NCBI GenBank assembly: GCA_030295235.1
Contig: AP026150.1
Span: forward strand, 310,001-374,000
DNA from: Fistulifera solaris
Taxonomy: Eukaryota
Length of the DNA stretch: 64,000 nucleotides
Direction: 5' to 3'
The position numbers were made by a program, and so were the translations under genes. Position 1 is the stretch's first letter, and every line of letters begins with the position of its first letter. The notes beneath the pieces are model-generated. The model was not told the origin of the DNA and searched no databases. It saw only the letters and a program-made list of their open reading frames with translations. Shown here piece after piece: positions 11,063 through 22,798 of this stretch.

Positions 11063-14000
11063 ATGAAAGTAATCAACAGCGTCCTCGCTCTGGTTGCGCT
11101 CCTCAGCTGCGCCGCTGATGCTGAGGTAAGTATTCGAAGAATGGCAAAACGTTTTATGTGTGCTCCGCATGTTATCTTTGAAGGTACATTCGTTTCATTA
11201 ATACCGTTTGATTGTACTAATGTCATCCTTTTGCTGCCATTCACTAGACTGTGGATCGCAATCTTCAGAAAACTACAACCAAGAAGGCGCTCGGAGAAGC
11301 CTGCCAAGTCACCTACAACTCAAGCGCTGACAAGTACACGCCCGTGAAGAACATGGAATGTGCGGCCGGCCTTGTATGCTCCGAGCTTAACGACAATGGT
11401 GTCGACGGAGTAGCCTTTACAGGAGTCTGCAACAGAGAATCTTGCGATGGAACTGCCGATCCATCTGTTGACCAACCCATTAGCTCGCATCGTGTCACCA
11501 TCTGCCATCGCACCTGCTCCGAAACGAATCCGTGGGTGCGTATTACTATCGACGATGACGCCTGGGGTGGCGCTGAAGCTTCTGGATGCGGTCATCAGCG
11601 CGAGCACAACGTCACAGAAGATTGCAACAAGGACGATTACTCTGCCTGGGGTCCCAACCGTGTCGACTACTTGATCAAAGATCACGGTACACGCTCAGAT
11701 GTTCGAATCAGGAACTCATTCACCCCCGCTCAAGAGAAAGCTTACTGGTTTTATTGGGAACGCGCTTGCCCGTATGTGCGCGCCAAGAAGCTAAACAAAC
11801 CGTGCTGTGACTGGGCCAAAGGCGAATGCTGCGGTCCTCATCCTGACGACAAGTGCCCCATGGATCCCGACAAGATGACTCCTGGGCAGTGCGGTTGTGG
11901 TGTCCCTGATACAGATACGGACAAAGATGGCGTTGCTGATTGCCTTGACAAGTGCCCTGGACACAACGATAGCATCGACACGGACAAAGACGGAATCCCT
12001 GATGGCTGCGACAAATGCGCCACCGGCGACGATAAGATCGACACTGATAAGGACGGCGTCCCTGACGCTTGCGATCGTTGCCCTAATAACAAGTTTGTCT
12101 CCACGGAAGCTGGCCTCAAAGGATGCACCTGCACTGCAACTGAAACGCAGCTGCAAACAGGGTGTGTACAAGAGGTGGCACAATGTCCTTTGTGCGGCTG
12201 TGGAAAGCAGGATTTGGACACTGATCGTGATGGTATCTTGGACTGCTTTGACGTCTGCCCTAACGATCCCAAGAAATCTGCAAATGCTGGTACCTGCGGT
12301 TGCGGCAAGCCTGAGACCGACTCGGATGGTGACGGAACACCTGACTGCCTGGATGTTTGCCCCAACGACAAGACTAAGACCACATCTGCAGGACACTGTG
12401 GCTGCGGTGTCTCTGAAGTGGATACTGACGGCGATGGTACACCTGATTGCAAGGACGGATGCCCTCGTGATAAGACTAAACTTACTCCCGGAGTGTGCGG
12501 ATGCGGAGTCTCCGATAAAGACTCGGATACGGATGGCACCGCTGACTGCAAGGACGCCTGTCCCTCCGACAACCTGAAAATTGCGCCTGGTATTTGCGGA
12601 TGCGGTATTTCAGACTGTGATTCTGACATGGACGGAACTGTGGATTGCAAGGATGAGTGCCCTCAAGATCCTCTCAAAATCAAGGCCGGGGTGTGCGGCT
12701 GCGGAGTAAGGGATGTCGATACCGACGGCGATGGAACTCCTGATTGTAAAGATGCTTGCCAAGATGACCCCTCGAAGACTCAACCAGGCCTCTGTGGATG
12801 CGGCAAAACCGATTCGGATAACGATGGAACCTGCGATGCCAACGATCAATGCCCGATGGATCCCAACAAGAATAAGATGGGATTGTGCGGTTGTGGCGTG
12901 GGTGAGACCGATTCCGATCTCGATGGAACACCCGACTGTCTGGATGGATGCGCCCTCGATAGCAACAAGATCACTCCAGGAATTTGTGGCTGCGGTATGG
13001 CTGACACGGACACGGACAAGGACGGTACTCCCGATTGCAATGATGGCTGCTCGACCGACGCCAAAAAGATTGCCGCTGGCGTTTGCGGCTGTGGCGTACC
13101 TGATGTCGATACGGATAAGGATGGTGCACCGGATTGTGTTGATGAGTGCCCTCAGGATGGTAGCAAGATCTTGGCTGGCACATGCGGCTGTGGAGTTTCG
13201 GAAAAGGATTCGGACGGCGACGGCACCAAGGATTGCCAGGATGCTTGCTCAGCTGATCCGGACAAAATCAGTCCTGGAAAATGCGGTTGCGGCATCCCTG
13301 ATGTTGATAGTGATGGTGATGGTACCCCCGACTGTTTGGACGCATGCAGCGCCGATCCTACCAAGACAGCGGCTGGTGTATGCGGTTGTGGAACGTCGGA
13401 CATTGATTCGGATGCCGATGGTGTCGCCGATTGCAACGATAAGTGTCCGTACGATCAAGGAAAGACTTCCCCAGGACAGTGTGGCTGTGGTAACGCTGAC
13501 ACAGATACGGATTCGGATGGTACTGCTGACTGCAATGATAAGTGTCCCACAGACCCCAAGAAGACTGAACCCGGCATGTGCGGATGCGGTGTCGTTGATG
13601 CAGATGCCGACGCTGATGGTTCATGCGACCACAATGACAAATGCCCCTCGGACCCCAAGAAGACCGACATGGGTCTCTGTGGCTGTGGTATAGCTGATAC
13701 TGACTCGGATGGCGACAAAGTGCCCGACTGCCTCGACGGTTGCTCATCTGACCCTACAAAGACAGCTCCAGGGGCCTGTGGATGTGGAAAAGCGGATACG
13801 GATAGCGATGGCGACGGTGTTCCTGATTGCAATGATGGATGCTCGGAAGATGCGGACAAGACGGAGCCAGGAACGTGCGGTTGCGGTTCGCCTGATGTGG
13901 ATACGGACAAAGACGGTGTCCTTGACTGCGATGACGGCTGCTCGACTGACCCCGATAAGACTGAGCCAGGAACGTGTGGCTGCGGCACACCTGAGACGGA

Positions 14001-15702
14001 TTCTGACAACGACGGCGTCCCAGACTGCACTGACTTGTGCCCCAACGACATTTACAAGACAGAGCCTGGCTCTTGCGGATGTGGCAAACAAGAAACAGAT
14101 GCAGACAGTGACGGGACACCTGACTGCAACGATCTTTGCCCCTTGAACCCTGCCATGACGACCGATGTTGACACGGACGGCGATGGAACGCTTGATTGCA
14201 ATGACGGATGTTCTGACGACCCGGAGAAGATTGCCCCCGGTGAATGCGGCTGCGGTTTCCCTGACGTTGATTCTGATGAAGATGGTGTAATGGACTGCAA
14301 CGAAGTTCGCGAAGACATCACATTGACCAGCTCGAACCTCATCGGAACGACCGAAACATACAAGGAGTGCTACAAGATGTACAACGCCGGAAACAACGAC
14401 CCCAACTTTTCAGGATTTGTCGAAGCTGCCACTGCTTATTGCCTCGCCGACTGCGTCGCTGGCGCATATTGTATCAAGGTCCAGGCAGCTTCTGGCATTC
14501 ATCTCGCTGACAAGGAGGCCTGGTTCAAGGATTACTCTTCGGGCACTTGTAGCATCCAACCTCTTGCACCAGGAATCATTCTCACCTACGATAGTAGCGA
14601 TCATGTCATCATGTGGGAAGGATGCTTCAAGATTCCGGAAGGAGCCACAGGAGAGAGCATCGAGATTCACGCCAACTGGGGATACTCCGGGAGCACCGGC
14701 CTCGGAAACACTGCTTCGACAGGACAGCCTAACGGGGTTGCAATGGACTACCCCGAATGTCTCGTCACTGAAACCACGCCTTTGACGACTCCTGTCGACG
14801 CACCTGCCGACGTTCCAGTTGAATCACCTGTTGACACACCCGTGGAGTCGCCCGTTGACCTCGAATCTTCCCCCGTGTCGTCGCCCACTGGCTCTACTGT
14901 TGACAACGACCCCACCGTTGGCCTTCCCACCGCGAACCAAGTTGGCGATGGTGAGTCCGGAGGTGGATTTGGTGATCCTCACTTGAAGACTTGGATGGGA
15001 GAGGTGTACGACTTCCACGGAGCTTGCGACCTAGTTCTTGTTTCGAGCCAAACTTTCAACAACGGAGCTGGTCTCGACCTGCACATCCGTACCAAGATCC
15101 GTGACGACTGGTCTTTCATTTCTGATGCCGCTGTTCGTATCGGTGAGGATGTTTTGGAAGTAGGAACTCGCGCCTACTACTATTTGAATGGAGTTGCCGG
15201 TGCCGAGATGCCCGCCACGGTTGGTGGATTCCCTGTCTCGTTGACTCACTTCGGAACCAAACGTCACAAGTTCGAGATCGACCTCGGTCACATGGGAGTC
15301 ATTGTCATTAAGGTCTTCAACGAGTTCCTCGCTGTCGAAGTCAACAACGCCCACAGCGACGGCTTCGGTGACAGTGTCGGTCTCATGGGTACTTTCACGG
15401 ACGGCAGCCTCATCGGACGCAATGGTTTGGTTCATGCCGATCACAATGAATTTGGTTTGAGCTGGCAGGTTCACGATACGGATGTCATTTTGTTCCAAAA
15501 GGTCGAAGGCCCCCAGTATCCTCAGCTCTGCCAGATGCCTGCACCCAAGGCTTTGAAGAGTCGTCGTATGTCGGAAGCGCTTGTTAGCTTTGAAGATGCC
15601 GCCAAGGCCTGCGCCGACTGGTCGGAGGAGACTCGCGAATCTTGCATTTACGATGTCATGTCGACTGGTGACTTGGACATGGCTGAAGCTGGCGCATTCT
15701 AA
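11063..15702 (+). CDS. Secreted TSP3-like/CGCG-repeat protein with C-terminal GDPH/VWD-like domain, copy 1 (intron 11126-11247)
   Basis: Signal peptide MKVINSVLALVALLSCAADA; intron joins in frame to the 1483-aa ORF; 22 CGCG motifs, mostly in units DxDxDGxxDCxDxCxxDxxKxxxGxCGCG; GFGDPHLKTWMGEVYDFHGACDLVL domain. Confidence 0.9.
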
Positions 15703-16213
15703 GATCGTTTTTATGTAGTTTTGGCTAACGAGGATCAGAGCCGAAAGTAAGGATAACACATAACGATATAGTCTATCTTAGTACACAAGAGATTGTCCTC
15801 AGCTTGATAAATCGATCCGGTTCATGTTGATTTGTGCGTAGAAGTTCTGTTCAACTCCAGGCCGATTGACTGATCTCCTTAAGGTGGGTGAACCTCGATC
15901 GCAGGACTTACAAAAGGATGAAACCAACCATGCGTCCTTCGTGCTCGTGCAGCTTTCATCCTCTTCACCGACGGCACTGTGCTTTATCATCATCCCTATT
16001 AAGAGAGCACTGATTAGAGATATTGACCCAAGACTGAATCCTTGCACTTCATCCTACGGAGTATCATCGAACGCGAAGAGCATGGTTCGTTCATAAGTCA
16101 TAAGCCTTGATCAAAAATCAAAAGAGCTTACTTAGGCATTCCACTTTAGTCTTCAGAAGACTTTTCCACTCTTTGTCATATTTTCTTTCCTTTCAATAAT
16201 GAAGCGAACTTCT

Positions 16214-16241
16214 CCGGAGTCCGGAGTCCGGAGTCCGGAGT
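16214..16241. repeat. (CCGGAGT)4 heptamer tandem repeat
   Basis: Four exact copies seen directly. Confidence 0.9.
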
Positions 16242-16885
16242 GAAATTTCTCCGCACTGAAAGACTTGCAACTTGCAAGTTGCAAGCGTAAAGCATAAAGA
16301 AAACTCCGTACCAGGTACTCCGTTCTCTTCGGCGTGATTTTTGATGTCATCCGGATTTACAGTCAGGCCAACGTCTATACGAGTACAAAGGAATATCTGG
16401 AGTCTGGAGCCGTACACTCCTTTGGTAAATACTTTGTACTTTGTATGCACTCAATGGTCTTTAGTCATTTGGTGATTGCTGATTGCATTTCCTCTACCTG
16501 GTACCTGGTACTTGTATCGGGTATCTCTCTGGTCTTGAAATCTATCGAAAAGTAAAGTCTCCAATTACTACGTAGCTCATAGGGATACTGGTAAGGAGAA
16601 ATCACAAATAATCACGATCAAAATCCGGATCCATTGAGTGCTGACTATAGTATTTAATGTATGATCCATTTTAGATTGGGCCTTTCGTCGGGCACAAAAA
16701 GTCATAGGCAGTCGGGGGAATGGATTATTTACAGTTTACAGAACAACTACCTGGTAGTGCCCTTTGTCCAAGGTCCGCAGCTTTCTCTGGTAAATCAAGC
16801 CGCGATTCTCCCGCCCACAACTTTGAAATTCAACAAACGTTGTCTACCTCTTCCTTTTGAAAAGATAAAAAAACTAAAGTAAAGG

Positions 16886-19800
16886 ATGAAACTCATCAAC
16901 AACGCGCTGATTCTCACGGCGCTTTTGACGTGGTTGACAGATGCGCAAGTAAGTGTTTAATGGACTGATGGGACTCGAGCAAGCGACTGCTGAAAATGAA
17001 AGTCTAACGTTACAAATGCTTTTGCAACCAGTCTGTTGAGCGCGTACTTCAAAAATCTTCATCAACCAGTAACTCAGGTAATACGTCGACCAAGAAAGCA
17101 CTCGGGCAATCCTGTCAAGTTACCTACAATTCAAACGCCGACAAGTACATGGGCGTCAAGGGTATGGAATGTGATGCTGGGCTTGTCTGCTCCGACCTCA
17201 ACGACAACGGTCTGGATGGTGTCGTGTTTACCGGTGTGTGCAACCGTGAGTCATGCGATGGAACTGCCGATCCATCCGTGGACCAGCCCATTAGCTCCCG
17301 CCGTGTTACTATCTGCCATCGCACTTGCTCGCCAACCAACCCGTGGGTGCGCATTACAATCGACGATGATGCATGGGGTGGACCAGACGCTTCCGGATGT
17401 GGTCATCAACGTAATCACAACGTCACTCAGGACTGCAACAGGGCCGATTACTCCCCTTGGGGCCCTAATCGTGTCGATTATTTGATCAAAGACCACGGTA
17501 CTCGCTCGGACGTTCGTGCCAGAAACCCTACCTGGACCACTGCTCAAGAGAAAGCTTACTGGTTTTATTGGGAACGCGCTTGCCCTTACGTGCGCGCCAA
17601 GAAACTCAGCAAACCTTGCTGTGATTGGGCCAAGGGAGAATGCTGTGGTCCCCACCCCGACGATCTATGTCCCATGGATCCTAATAAGATGGCGCCCGGC
17701 CAGTGTGGATGCGGAGTTCCTGATACAGATACGGACAAAGATGGCGTTGCTGATTGCCTTGACAAGTGCCCTGGACACAACGATAGCATCGACACGGACA
17801 AAGACGGAATCCCTGATGGCTGCGACAAATGCGCCACAGGGGACGATAAGATCGACACTGATAAGGACGGCGTCCCTGACGCTTGCGATCGTTGCCCTAA
17901 TAACAAGTTTGTCTCCACGGAAGCTGGCCTCAAAGGATGCACCTGCACTGCAACTGAAACGCAGCTGCAAACAGGGTGTGTACAAGAGGTGGCACAATGT
18001 CCTTTGTGCGGCTGTGGAAAGCAGGATTTGGACACTGATCGTGATGGTATCTTGGACTGCTTTGACGTCTGCCCTAACGATCCCAAGAAATCTGCAAATG
18101 CTGGTACCTGCGGTTGCGGCAAGCCTGAGACCGACTCGGATGGTGACGGAACACCTGACTGCCTGGATGTTTGCCCCAACGACAAGACTAAGACCACATC
18201 TGCAGGACACTGTGGCTGCGGTGTCTCTGAAGTGGATACTGACGGCGATGGTACACCTGATTGCAAGGACGGATGCCCTCGTGATAAGACTAAACTTACT
18301 CCCGGAGTGTGCGGATGCGGAGTCTCCGATAAAGACTCGGATACGGATGGCACCGCTGACTGCAAGGACGCCTGTCCCTCCGACAACCTGAAAATTGCGC
18401 CTGGTATTTGCGGATGCGGTATTTCAGACTGTGATTCTGACATGGACGGAACTGTGGATTGCAAGGATGAGTGCCCTCAAGATCCTCTCAAAATCAAGGC
18501 CGGGGTGTGCGGCTGCGGAGTAAGGGATGTCGATACCGACGGCGATGGAACTCCTGATTGTAAAGATGCTTGCCAAGATGACCCCTCGAAGACTCAACCA
18601 GGCCTCTGTGGATGCGGCAAAACCGATTCGGATAACGATGGAACCTGCGATGCCAACGATCAATGCCCGATGGATCCCAACAAGAATAAGATGGGATTGT
18701 GCGGTTGTGGCGTGGGTGAGACCGATTCCGATCTCGATGGAACACCCGACTGTCTGGATGGATGCGCCCTCGATAGCAACAAGATCACTCCAGGAATTTG
18801 TGGCTGCGGTATGGCTGACACGGACACGGACAAGGACGGTACTCCCGATTGCAGTGATGGCTGCTCGACCGACGCCAAAAAGATTGCCGCTGGCGTTTGC
18901 GGCTGTGGCGTACCTGATGTCGATACGGATAAGGATGGTGCACCGGATTGTGTTGATGAGTGCCCTCAGGATGGTAGCAAGATCTTGGCTGGCACATGCG
19001 GCTGTGGAGTTTCGGAAAAGGATTCGGACGGCGACGGCACCAAGGATTGCCAGGATGCTTGCTCAGCTGATCCGGACAAAATCAGTCCTGGAAAATGCGG
19101 TTGCGGCATCCCTGATGTTGATAGTGATGGTGATGGTACCCCCGACTGTTTGGACGCATGCAGCGCCGATCCTACCAAGACAGCGGCTGGTGTATGCGGT
19201 TGTGGAACGTCGGACATTGATTCGGATGCCGATGGTGTCGCCGATTGCAACGATAAGTGTCCGTACGATCAAGGAAAGACTTCCCCAGGACAGTGTGGCT
19301 GTGGTAACGCTGACACAGATACGGATTCGGATGGTACTGCTGACTGCAATGATAAGTGTCCCACAGACCCCAAGAAGACTGAACCCGGCATGTGCGGATG
19401 CGGTGTCGTTGATGCAGATGCCGACGCTGATGGTTCATGCGACCACAATGACAAATGCCCCTCGGACCCCAAGAAGACCGACATGGGTCTCTGTGGCTGT
19501 GGTATAGCTGATACTGACTCGGATGGCGACAAAGTGCCCGACTGCCTCGACGGTTGCTCATCTGACCCTACAAAGACAGCTCCAGGGGCCTGTGGATGTG
19601 GAAAAGCGGATACGGATAGCGATGGCGACGGTGTTCCTGATTGCAATGATGGATGCTCGGAAGATGCGGACAAGACGGAGCCAGGAACGTGCGGTTGCGG
19701 TTCGCCTGATGTGGATACGGACAAAGACGGTGTCCTTGACTGCGATGACGGCTGCTCGGCTGACCCCGATAAGACTGAGCCAGGAACGTGTGGCTGCGGC

Positions 19801-21560
19801 ACACCTGAGACGGATTCTGACAACGACGGCGTCCCAGACTGCACTGACTTGTGCCCCAACGACATTTACAAGACAGAGCCTGGCTCTTGCGGATGTGGCA
19901 AACAAGACACAGATGCAGACAGTGACGGGACACCTGACTGCAACGATCTTTGCCCCTTGAACCCTGCCATGACGACCGATGTTGACACGGACGGCGATGG
20001 AACGCTTGATTGCAATGACGGATGTTCTGACGATCCGGAGAAGATTGCCCCCGGTGAATGCGGCTGCGGTTTCCCTGACGTTGATTCTGATGAAGATGGT
20101 GTAATGGACTGCAACGAAGTTCGCGAAGACATCACCTTGACAAGTTCCAACCTGATCGGAACTAATCAACCGTACAAAGAGTGCTACAAGATGTACAACG
20201 CCGGAAACAGCGATCCTAAATTTTCGGGATACGTTGAGGCCGCCAAAGCATACTGTCTAACCGACTGTGCTATCGGAGCAATGTGCATCACAGTGCAAGC
20301 GGCCCCCGGAATCCAGCTCGCTGACAAGGAGGCCTGGTTCAAAGACTACACAGTCGGCACTTCCAGTCTACAGCCGCTTGCTCCCGGAATCAAATTGACC
20401 TTCGACAAGAGCGGCAAGCAGGTCATCGCCTGGGAAGGTTGCTTCGAAATCCCAGAGGGAGCAACTGGAGAAAACGTCGAGATCCACGCAAACTGGGGCT
20501 ACTCGGGAAGCAAAAGGTTGGAAACACCGCTTCCACAGGCAAACCCAATGGAGTAATTATGGCGTACGATCAGTGTCTCCTGACAGAAGCCAACGTGGTG
20601 ACTTCTGCGGCTCCTGTAGTAACGCCTGTTGCAGTTCCTGTTAACACTCCGGTTGCAGCACCAACTGGAAGCCCTGTTGCTAAACCTGTTGACACACCAG
20701 TCGAGGCGCCTGTTGAGCTTGAGTCCTCTCCTGTTTCCTCGCCCACTGGCGCTACCGTTGACAACGACCCCACGGTCGGTCTCCCAACCGCCAACCAAGA
20801 AGGCGATGGCGAGTCCGGAGGCGGCTACGGTGATCCCCACTTGAAGACCTGGATGGGAGAGGTGTACGACTTCCACGGAGCTTGCGATCTTGTTCTTGTA
20901 TCGAGCCAAACTTTCAACAACGGAGCTGGCCTCGACGTGCACATTCGTACCAAGATCCGTGACGACTGGTCTTTCATTTCTGATGCCGCTGTTCGCATCG
21001 GTGACGATGTCTTGGAGGTTGGAACCCGTGCCTATTACTACTTGAACGACGTTGCCGGTGCCGAGATGCCCGCCACGGTTGGTGGATTCCCCGTCTCGTT
21101 GACTCACTTCGGAACCAAACGTCACAAGTTCGAGATCGACCTCGGTCACATGGGAGTCATTGTCATTAAGGTCTTCAACGAGTTCCTCGCTGTCGAAGTC
21201 AACAACGCCCATAGCGACGGCTTCGGTGACAGTGTCGGTCTCATGGGTACTTTCACGGACGGCAGCCTCATCGGACGCAATGGTTTGGTTCATGCCGATC
21301 ACAATGAATTTGGTTTGAGCTGGCAGGTTCACGATGCCGATGGCCTTTTGTTCCAGAAGGCCGAAGGACCTCAGTATCCTCAGCTTTGTCAAATGCCTGC
21401 TCCAAAGTCAATGAAGAGTCGTCGCATGTCGGAATCGCTTGTCAGTTTCGATGTTGCGGCCAAGGCCTGCGCTGACTGGTCGGAGGAGACTCGCGAATCT
21501 TGCATTTACGATGTCATGTCGACCGGTGACTTGGACATGGCGGAAGCTGGCGCATTCTAA
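16886..21560 (+). CDS. Secreted TSP3-like/CGCG-repeat GDPH/VWD-like protein, copy 2 (intron 16949-17031; apparent frameshift at A-run 20512-20515)
   Basis: Signal peptide MKLINNALILTALLTWLTDA; same architecture as copy 1. One added A joins ORF 17149-20556 to ORF 20439-21560 (SGSKKVGNTASTG, as in the paralogues). Confidence 0.88.
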
Positions 21561-22082
21561 ATCATGATCTTGAAATTGATTTGCGGTGGCAAAAGTGCCG
21601 GAAAGAAACTTTCAGACGGTGAGCAGTGATTCTCCAGAGCACACATTCAATTTATAGTATTCAATTTTATAAAAAAAGGAAATATGTTCTTACTTTGTAC
21701 TTACTAGCGCGAATTGTTAGCTTCAAGAATCGATTTTTTATCTTGGAGAAGGTTGGATTCGCTAGTTGGTCGAACTTAGCAGTCAGGCCGTAGATGAGAG
21801 TCTTGAGACTTGAGACTAAGGTCTTGAGGCTTCAGGTAGTTGTACAAGTTACAAGTAGATCTCTGCCTCTCCCTCTCCGCCTCCGCTACCTATCCATCTC
21901 CGATCTCCGCACTCTGCTCCGCTCACTGCTCCGCTTCTCGTTTGCTGGCCCTTGTTCCTAAACAGTTTAATGTACAGTCCCAATTCCCGAATGACCCAGA
22001 ACCCAGACATAAGGCCCAAGGCAGTTCCTCGCAACTCGCAACTTAAAAGCCAATCGGGAATCGCGCCATCTTTGCGGTTTGG

Positions 22083-22198
22083 CTAGGGTCCCGACTGGTT
22101 GTACCCGTCCATGACGGACCCGGACGGGTATGGAGGGCCTTCGGCCCCTGTCCGTGTCCGTGGGACGGGGCAAACTTTCAACCCGGTCGGAACCCTAG
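22083..22198. mobile_element. Foldback MITE-like element (~110 bp) with terminal inverted repeats, flanked by CTAG (TA or CTAG TSD)
   Basis: Left CTAG-GGTCCCGACTGGTTG versus reverse complement of right end CTAG-GGTTCCGACCGGGTTG; internal inverted arms CCCGTCC..ACGGAC / GTCCGT..GGACGGG; central GGGCC-TTC-GGCCC hairpin; GC-rich relative to flanks. Confidence 0.65.
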
Positions 22199-22798
22199 GT
22201 TTGGCGGTCGTCGAAATCGGATTAAGGAAGAAAAAAATGGTTGCGCAGGGCGTCTTGACTTTATGGGCTATACTAATGGCAAACGGAAAACGGAAAAACG
22301 GGAGTTAATTTTGATGAATATATTCGGTACTATAGTTTACTTAAATTCCAAGTCCCAAAATGTCAAAGGTCGAGCTGTTTAGGGCCACGTTTCAACTCTC
22401 CACCTCAGAATGATGACATGTTCCACGGTCAACGATCAACTGTATATAAGAAATGGATATCTCACTAGGTTTACAGTGAGGAACACTAGCATACTTGGCC
22501 TCTCTAAATGAATTACCAGTGAAACAGTCACTGATTACTCAGCATTCAGATGCAGTACTTTTGAATTGACAAAGGGGAGTTCATCCCGTGAACGACCAAG
22601 ATCGGAAACAGTACTGGAATGTGTTTGAAATGTAGTTGAATACAAACTCTGTGGCGAAAAGCAAGACCTAAGATCCGGCCCTGCGAGTCATCATGTGCCA
22701 AGCGTTTCTTGATCGATCGAATCACGAAATTTCTCACAACTTTGAAAATCATCCAAACGTTGTCCTCGTTTCTCTTTGAAAAAGTAAGCAAAACAAGC

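Noticed and set aside
11905..14320. 99-bp periodic array as a CRISPR or non-coding satellite
   Set aside because: The periodicity is codon-level, with synonymous variation inside one long ORF; there are no identical repeats with unique spacers and no cas genes.
15799..16096. Short ORFs between paralogues 1 and 2
   Set aside because: Non-ATG starts, no recognisable motifs, and no counterpart in the other spacer.
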